Shown here piece after piece: positions 58,084-64,000 of a DNA stretch of 64,000 bases. The notes under the pieces are model-generated. The model was not told where the DNA came from. It did not search any database and saw only the letters and a list, made by a program, of their open reading frames with translations. This DNA comes from an uncultured Desulfospira sp. (GTDB lineage Bacteria; Desulfobacterota; Desulfobacteria; Desulfobacterales; Desulfobacteraceae): assembly GCA_963663165.1 (NCBI GenBank), contig OY760175.1:5088001-5152000 (forward strand). The letters run 5' to 3'. The position numbers and the translations under genes are program-made. Position 1 is the first letter of the stretch; each line of letters opens with the position of its first letter.

Positions 58084-58767
58084 TTAAGCCGTTATGGTCC
58101 GGATGATGGAAAAGGCCTCAGCGCTTTCCAAGCCTGCCATGCTCCCCCGAAGACCGGCAAGGTTTTTAATGGCATCGGCCGATCTGGGATGGGGGAAGGT
58201 GCGGATTTCTCCTTCATAGGCCTTAAGGGCCTTGATTTTTTGCGCCATGAATTCTTTGGTATTAATAAAGTACTGGGGGACAAAGCCGGGGCTGATCTGC
58301 CCAAAGGACCAGTCCGTGGCTGAAAGGACTTCAAAAGCGTACAGGTGTTTTACAGGGCAGCCCGGCATGGGGCGGGTGGCGGTCAGAACGGCCCTGGCCG
58401 TTATGGAATGGTCAATATTCAGATCGCCGCCATGGTGGGTAAAAATTACCGAAGGGCGGATGTTTTCAATATAGGATTCAATTGCCTTGACAATGTTAAG
58501 CAGGGGAACCGAATCAAACATATTGTCCGGAAATGACTCAAAATAGATTTGGGATGCCCCTAAGATTTTTCCGGCGTTCCGGCAGTTTTTCCTTAATTTT
58601 TCAATTTCAAGGGCCCGGGTGTTGTCGTCCCCGGTCTGCCGGGAGGTGATTCCCTGACCTAAAATCAAAATATGCACCGGTTGCTGCTCTTCACTGAACC
58701 TGGCAATGGTTCCCCCGCATCCTAAAGTTTCATCGTCCGGGTGGGCGGCAATAATAAGTATCGGCAT
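58084..58767 (-). CDS. PIG-L/LmbE family N-deacetylase
   Basis: AAHPDDETLGCGG, THHGGDLNIDH, PHPRS, AEAF. Confidence 0.9.
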   Translation of the reverse strand: MPILIIAAHPDDETLGCGGTIARFSEEQQPVHILILGQGITSRQTGDDNTRALEIEKLRKNCRNAGKILGASQIYFESFPDNMFDSVPLLNIVKAIESYIENIRPSVIFTHHGGDLNIDHSITARAVLTATRPMPGCPVKHLYAFEVLSATDWSFGQISPGFVPQYFINTKEFMAQKIKALKAYEGEIRTFPHPRSADAIKNLAGLRGSMAGLESAEAFSIIRTITA

Positions 58768-58827
58768 AGGTGTCTCTTGAATAAACTGAGTTTAAAGCAT
58801 ACTATATCTTATTAATCTGAAGTTTGA

Positions 58828-58869
58828 AGCAAATTTGGTACCAAAACCGGCTCTGGTTTGATTTTTGCT
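58828..58869. promoter_or_regulatory. Back-to-back divergent sigma54-like promoters
   Basis: Minus: TGGTACCAAATTTGCT (58828-58843); plus: TGGTTTGATTTTTGCT (58854-58869). Confidence 0.55.
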
Positions 58870-58889
58870 TTATGTGTAAGCATCACGAT

Positions 58890-58966
58890 CAAGCTGAAAA
58901 GACTTTTATTTTTTAGTTGTGGACCGGTGCTTGGTTGGATAACCAAAAACGGTCCGTGACCGTTAA
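58890..58966 (+). repeat. Two-hairpin dispersed repeat, copy D (5'-truncated)
   Basis: caagctgaaaagactttt..gttgtggaccggtgcttggttggataaccaaaaacggtccgtgaccgtta. Confidence 0.8.
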
Positions 58967-59028
58967 CAGAACATAAATATCAATTTAAATCAACGGTGAT
59001 CATGACCCATAATCCTAAGGATGATACC

Positions 59029-60009
59029 ATGTTTGATAAAAAGGTCATACTGATTACAGGCGGGACCGGCTCTTTTGGGAAGAAATGCACCCGGATGCTC
59101 CTTGAAAGATTTTCGCCGGCCAAGGTTATCATTTTCAGCCGGGATGAACTCAAACAGCATGAAATGCGGCAGATTTTTCCCGATGGCCCCGGGTCCAGCA
59201 TCCGGTATTTTATCGGGGATGTTCGGGATAAAGACCGGTTATACCGGGCCTTTTCCGATGTGGATATGGTCATTCATGCCGCCGCCTTAAAGCAGGTTCC
59301 GGCGGCGGAGTACAATCCCTTTGAGGCGGTGAAAACCAATATTATCGGTGCCCAGAACGTGATTGACGCGGCCATTGATCAGAAGGTTGAAAAGGTCATT
59401 GCCCTGAGCACGGACAAGGCGGCCAACCCCGTGAACCTTTACGGGGCCACCAAGCTTTGCTCGGATAAGATTTTCATTGCCGGAAATGCCTATACGGGAA
59501 AAAAGGTAAAGACCGCCTTCAGCGTGGTCCGGTACGGCAATGTGGTGGGCAGCCGGGGAAGCGTGATCCCCTTGTTTCTTGAGAAGAAAAAGACCGGGGT
59601 CCTGCCGGTGACGGATAAAAGAATGACAAGGTTCTGGATCACCCTTGAGCAGGCCGTAGAGTTTGTTTTCAGTTCTTTTGAGAGCATGACCGGCGGAGAG
59701 CTGTTTGTCCCGAAACTGCCGAGCATGAACATTATGGACCTTGCCAAAGCGGTCTGCCCGGACTGCGACATAGACGTTGTCGGCATCAGGCCCGGTGAAA
59801 AACTCCATGAGGTCATGATCCCGGCGGATGAATCCCGAATGGCCGTGGAATTAGAGGACCGGTATATCATACGGCCTGATTTTGCGTTTTATAAAACCTC
59901 AGCCCGGCAGTTGGGCGGAAAACCCGTTGAAGAGGGCTTTCAGTATTCATCGGGAACCAATTCCTGGACCTTGAGCGTCAAGGAAATGGCACAATTGATT
60001 CATTCGTGA
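59029..60009 (+). CDS. pseB: UDP-GlcNAc 4,6-dehydratase (inverting)
   Basis: TGGTGSFG, SRDELKQ, HAAALKQVPAAEYNP, STDKA.NP.NLYGATK, RYGNVVGSRGS, GIRPGEKLHE. Confidence 0.92.
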   Translation: MFDKKVILITGGTGSFGKKCTRMLLERFSPAKVIIFSRDELKQHEMRQIFPDGPGSSIRYFIGDVRDKDRLYRAFSDVDMVIHAAALKQVPAAEYNPFEAVKTNIIGAQNVIDAAIDQKVEKVIALSTDKAANPVNLYGATKLCSDKIFIAGNAYTGKKVKTAFSVVRYGNVVGSRGSVIPLFLEKKKTGVLPVTDKRMTRFWITLEQAVEFVFSSFESMTGGELFVPKLPSMNIMDLAKAVCPDCDIDVVGIRPGEKLHEVMIPADESRMAVELEDRYIIRPDFAFYKTSARQLGGKPVEEGFQYSSGTNSWTLSVKEMAQLIHS

Positions 60010-60039
60010 CGGTTAACCCGGAATTTCAGGTAAAATTCA

Positions 60040-61077
60040 ATGACCCCTGCCCCCATTAAAACCCAATTTTCTGCCATCGGACCAGACCTTCCCGTCTATG
60101 TTATTGCCGAGATCGGAAGCAACCATAACCATAATTTTGATATGGCGTGCGAACTCATTGAAAAATCAGCCCATGCCGGCGTCAACGCCGTCAAGTTCCA
60201 GACTTTCAAAGCATCCTGCCATTATTCGAAATTTGTGGGCCCCATCAGTTTGTACAAAGAAAATATTTACAAGCTCATCGAAAAGCTTGAGATTGACAGA
60301 TCCTGGCATGCCCGCCTGGCAGCGGTCTGCCGGGACCTGAAAATTGATTTTCTTGATTCTCCGTCTGATGCCGAAGCGGTCCGGATTAACCGGGACCTGA
60401 ACGTCCCATTAATGAAGGTGGCCTCCTTTGATATGGTGGACCCGCTGCTGCTCGAACTCATCTGCAAGGGGGACAACGGGGTGATCCTGTCAACGGGCAT
60501 GGCCACCATGGGTGAGATTGAAACGGCGGTCAACCTGTGCCGCAAGTTTAACAATGAAAAAATTATCCTTCTTCAGTGTACATCTTTATATCCGGCACCG
60601 CCCGGGCTGTCCAACCTGAACGCCATGAAAACTTTGGCCGGCGCATTTAATGTGATCACCGGATATTCGGATCATACCATAGGGGATCACATCCCCGTTG
60701 CTGCCGTGGCCGCAGGGGCAAAGGTGATCGAAAAGCACGCCACCCTGGATAAAACCCTTCCCGGTCCGGATCATGGGTTTGCCATGGAACCTGAGCCGTT
60801 AAAACAGATGGTGGGCAAGATCCGGGAAGTGGAAGCGGCCATGGGCAATGGCATGAAATCAGGCCCAAGGCCTGAGGAAATGGAATTCTATGTAAATGCA
60901 AGGCGAAGCATTCATGCCGCTTGTGATATCCCCAAAGGCCATCTTATTTCAAAACAGGATCTGGTGGTTAAACGTCCCGGTTCCGGGATTCATCCCGCCC
61001 ATATTCACCTGCTGGTCAACCGGAAAGCCAAAGCCGCCATCCAAAAAGACAAACCCGTGACATGGGATGACCTTTAA
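60040..61077 (+). CDS. Nonulosonic acid synthase (NeuB/PseI family)
   Basis: IAEIGSNHN, VKFQT, LSTGM, GYSDHT, IEKH.TLD, GPDH; C-terminal SAF domain. Confidence 0.92.
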   Translation: MTPAPIKTQFSAIGPDLPVYVIAEIGSNHNHNFDMACELIEKSAHAGVNAVKFQTFKASCHYSKFVGPISLYKENIYKLIEKLEIDRSWHARLAAVCRDLKIDFLDSPSDAEAVRINRDLNVPLMKVASFDMVDPLLLELICKGDNGVILSTGMATMGEIETAVNLCRKFNNEKIILLQCTSLYPAPPGLSNLNAMKTLAGAFNVITGYSDHTIGDHIPVAAVAAGAKVIEKHATLDKTLPGPDHGFAMEPEPLKQMVGKIREVEAAMGNGMKSGPRPEEMEFYVNARRSIHAACDIPKGHLISKQDLVVKRPGSGIHPAHIHLLVNRKAKAAIQKDKPVTWDDL

Positions 61078-61080
61078 CAA

Positions 61081-62031
61081 ATGAAGAAGCTTTTGATATC
61101 AGGGCTTGGCGGATCACTGTTCCCGTATCTGGACAAGGCGTTGAACAAACAGTTTTCACTTTTTTATATCGATTCAAACCCTGATCTGAAAAATATATAT
61201 CCCGGCCTTAAGTTTTTTCCGGCCCCTCCGGTGAGGGATCCTGAGTATATTCCCTTTGTGAAAAAGATCGTGGCCGATCATGGGATTGACGCCTATATCC
61301 CCCTGATTGACGAAGAGATCCTTTTGGCCATTGATGCCTTTGAAGATCAGCCGTTTCCCATTGTTGCGGCACCGGACAGAAAATTTAGCCAAATCTGCCT
61401 GGATAAATGGCGGCTCATGTCGGAACTTGAAAAACATGGGGTGTCAAAACTCAAAACATTTCCTGCATCAGACCTTCCGGCTGATTTTAAATTCCCCGCC
61501 TTTATTAAACCAAGGACGGGCAGGGGCTCTAGAGGGATCAGCAGACTGGATTCCTTTGAGCAGCTTGAGGCTTTTTTGCTGCTTAATCCCGTCTATAAAC
61601 CTGAAGAGCTGATTGTTCAGCCCTTTATCGAGGGGCAGGAGTATACGGTTGGTGTGCTAACCAATAATTTGAATGATTTAATCTGTGTTTGCACCAAAAA
61701 GGTTTTCAGCAAAAAAGGCATCACCATGGCCGCGGTCACGGAAAACAATGACACCATCACCGCCCTTTGCCGGGATGTTGTTAAAAAAATGCAGCCCAAA
61801 GGGCCCCTGAACATCCAGCTGTTTCTCTTGCCTGACAACCGCATCCGGATTTTTGAAATTAACCCGAGGTTTTCCACCACCACCATTTTAAGTCTGGAAG
61901 CCGGGGTCAATAAAATGGCTTTGTACATGGATTTTTTTGACCGTCCCTTTGAAGCTGATCCGCTTTATCCTAAGACTGGCATTCATTTATATAGACGGTG
62001 GGACAGCGTTTTTTATGAACAGCCCGATTAA
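61081..62031 (+). CDS. ATP-grasp protein
   Basis: DKW, FIKPRTGRGSRG, QPFIEGQEY, FEINPRF. Confidence 0.85.
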   Translation: MKKLLISGLGGSLFPYLDKALNKQFSLFYIDSNPDLKNIYPGLKFFPAPPVRDPEYIPFVKKIVADHGIDAYIPLIDEEILLAIDAFEDQPFPIVAAPDRKFSQICLDKWRLMSELEKHGVSKLKTFPASDLPADFKFPAFIKPRTGRGSRGISRLDSFEQLEAFLLLNPVYKPEELIVQPFIEGQEYTVGVLTNNLNDLICVCTKKVFSKKGITMAAVTENNDTITALCRDVVKKMQPKGPLNIQLFLLPDNRIRIFEINPRFSTTTILSLEAGVNKMALYMDFFDRPFEADPLYPKTGIHLYRRWDSVFYEQPD

Positions 62032-62908
62032 ACATATTCTTCTGGTTGGGGGGACCGGGTATATTGGCCGGCATTTGGCTGTAGACCTTGGACAAACGTA
62101 TGATGTGTGGATAACCGGCCGGCATGAGCCGCCTTTCCCGGACAGCCGTTTTCTGGCGCTTGACCTTGAATCCCGGGAAACCTTTAAAGTCCTTGAACAG
62201 CAACCGTTTGACCTGATCATTTTTCTGGCCGCTTCTGTCTGCGGCCTTGACAGCACTTCACTGGCCCATCCCGTCTTTGATATCAACGCGGTTCGTTACA
62301 GGGAACTGCTGCAATTTATGGCGGATCAGGGCCTTTGTTCCCGGCTGCTGTACGTATCCTCCATGACGGTTTATGCTCACTGGAATGCTTCACCGGTTCC
62401 GGAATCCGCCCACACCCTTCCATTGCACAGTTACGGCCAAAGCAAGCTCATGGCCGAAACCCTTACCCGGTTTTTTTGCGTTAGAAATGCAATCCCCGGG
62501 ATGATTGTCAGGCTTCCGGGTATTTTTGGCGGGGACCGGCAGTCGGGGTATCTGTATAACATCGCCCGGGCCTGCATGAAAGATGAGCCAGTGAATATTG
62601 ATTCTTCAGGGCTTGGCTTCTGGGAGGCCATGGAGATGGAAGACCTTTGCCGGGCCCTTTTGCTGGTCATCGAAACATATGACTGGAACAAAGGCATTGA
62701 GGTGTTGAATATCTCTTACGGGGAAGAAATTGACTTTATAGAGGCGGCCTTTACCACCAAAAGGCTTTGCCGCTCAATAAGCCCGGTTACCGTTAAAAAA
62801 CCGGTGGGGTACCGGCCCTTTTACATGGACAATGCCCGGCTAAAAGCGCTGACCAATTTTCAGGGAACCTTTGAATCCGGTCTTGAGCGGTTCTTGGAAG
62901 GGGTTTAA
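62015..62908 (+). CDS. NAD-dependent epimerase/dehydratase (SDR)
   Basis: GGTGYIG, SS..VY, YGQSK. Confidence 0.88.
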   Translation: MNSPIKHILLVGGTGYIGRHLAVDLGQTYDVWITGRHEPPFPDSRFLALDLESRETFKVLEQQPFDLIIFLAASVCGLDSTSLAHPVFDINAVRYRELLQFMADQGLCSRLLYVSSMTVYAHWNASPVPESAHTLPLHSYGQSKLMAETLTRFFCVRNAIPGMIVRLPGIFGGDRQSGYLYNIARACMKDEPVNIDSSGLGFWEAMEMEDLCRALLLVIETYDWNKGIEVLNISYGEEIDFIEAAFTTKRLCRSISPVTVKKPVGYRPFYMDNARLKALTNFQGTFESGLERFLEGV

Positions 62909-62911
62909 GCT

Positions 62912-63628
62912 TTGCTGTTTGCCATTGGTGATATTCACGGGGAATCTGAAAAACTTCACGCGCTGTTATCCCATATCCATGATCTGGATCACCACCCGGA
63001 ACTGGTTTTTCTAGGGGATTATATTGACAAGGGAAAAGATGCCTCAGGCGTGATGATGCTGCTCAAGGATACGGCGACCCGGATACCCTGCCGTTTTTTA
63101 ATGGGAAATCACGAGTATTTCTGGCTCAATCTCCATGAGAAGGGGGAATCGGCCAAAAGATTTCTTGAGCGATACGGGGGAAAGGCAACCGCGGCATCTT
63201 TGGGGTGCAGGGACCTGGCACACACCAGAGAGAAACTGTTGCAAAGCCATGGGGAAATTTTGCTGAATCTATCCCTTTATTATCAAACAGATCATTATAT
63301 ATTTGTCCACAGCGGGATTCCCGGCGAGAAATTCACCCACCGCCCCGAGGACCTGAACCCGGAGGACTTTTTATTCAACCGGTATGATTTTCTTTCACAG
63401 ATCAAAGCTTATGCCAGGCATACGGTTGTTTTCGGGCACACCGCCTTTTATTTCCCTTATGTGGATTCCGTAAAGATTGGAATTGACACGGCCGCCGCAT
63501 ATGCCCCGGATCAGCCCCTTACGGCCCTTTGCCCGGACAAACGGTTTTTCCTTGACTCAAAAGGCACTTTAAAAAAATTAGAACATTTTTTACCCCAGAC
63601 CAGATGCCCGGTAATTTACAGGGGATGA
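62912..63628 (+). CDS. Metallophosphoesterase (PPP/calcineurin-like)
   Basis: GDIHG, GDYIDKG, GNHE, FGHT, IDT; TTG start. Confidence 0.87.
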   Translation: MLFAIGDIHGESEKLHALLSHIHDLDHHPELVFLGDYIDKGKDASGVMMLLKDTATRIPCRFLMGNHEYFWLNLHEKGESAKRFLERYGGKATAASLGCRDLAHTREKLLQSHGEILLNLSLYYQTDHYIFVHSGIPGEKFTHRPEDLNPEDFLFNRYDFLSQIKAYARHTVVFGHTAFYFPYVDSVKIGIDTAAAYAPDQPLTALCPDKRFFLDSKGTLKKLEHFLPQTRCPVIYRG

Positions 63629-63648
63629 AAAAAAGAGGGGTGTTCAGG

Positions 63649-63999
63649 TCACTCTTTTTTGATGCTCAGGATATATTTATGCCCGTTCATCTCAAAGAAT
63701 AACGGGTATGCGGTATTGTCTGCAACCCGCATCAGGTTAAACTGCTCTTTTATGGTTTTATTCACATCCAGACGGGAATCTTCAGGGGTTCTTCTGCTGT
63801 AATAAGACGGCTTTCCCTCTTGCTGTTTTGCCTTGGAGATAACCTCAGGGTAGGTGTCCATAAATTCCAGGCAGAGGTCGACGGAATATTGCCCTTGTTT
63901 CTTTCGCAGCGCGTCTGCCAGTTCGTCGCCTTTAAACTGCATCTGCCGTTGGAGGTAAATCTGTCCGCTGTCAACTTGCGGCCGGGCTTCAAAAAGGGT
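63649..63999 (-). CDS. Sugar N-formyltransferase (Fmt-like), 5'-truncated by window edge
   Basis: TLFEA...VDSGQIY, Q.G..SYY.RRTPEDS, FNLMRVADN..YP. Confidence 0.75.
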   Translation of the reverse strand, partial: TLFEARPQVDSGQIYLQRQMQFKGDELADALRKKQGQYSVDLCLEFMDTYPEVISKAKQQEGKPSYYSRRTPEDSRLDVNKTIKEQFNLMRVADNTAYPLFFEMNGHKYILSIKKE

Positions 64000-64000
64000 T

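Overview
Chromosomal window (roughly 50% GC by eye) from a sulfate-reducing deltaproteobacterium, probably Desulfobacteraceae (inferred from gene content and synteny). Left half (1-27 kb): aldehyde dehydrogenase C-terminus, PilZ protein, RlhA-type U32 protein, a cobalamin riboswitch-bzaF-cobT unit, a TPR gene split by an in-frame TAG, a GGDEF cyclase, class III RNR (nrdDG) with tandem NrdR boxes, an FeCT/Btu-type ABC importer, an accessory islet at tRNA-Ser(CGA) (IS-disrupted GNAT toxin-antitoxin pair, ISAzo13-family element, XRE/ImmA + PIN module bounded by a 12-bp copy of the tRNA 3' end), glpK, a DMT transporter and metF. Right half (28-64 kb): a flagellar cluster (flgFGAHIJ, flgNKL, csrA, fliW, two flaG, fliS, fliD, two giant flagellins), interrupted by a TSUP/TunR-like/DUF429 block and followed by a nonulosonic-acid glycosylation island. 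Most notable observations: hexapeptide (beta-helix-like) Ser/Thr-rich inserts in both flagellins; a module shared between the oversized FlgL and FliD, and another shared between FlgK and FlgL; one sigma28 and one sigma54 flagellin promoter; the candidate amber read-through gene; a dispersed ~95-bp two-hairpin repeat; and pervasive 7-mer tandem tracts in intergenic spacers. All calls come from reading the sequence and ORF track; no searches were run.
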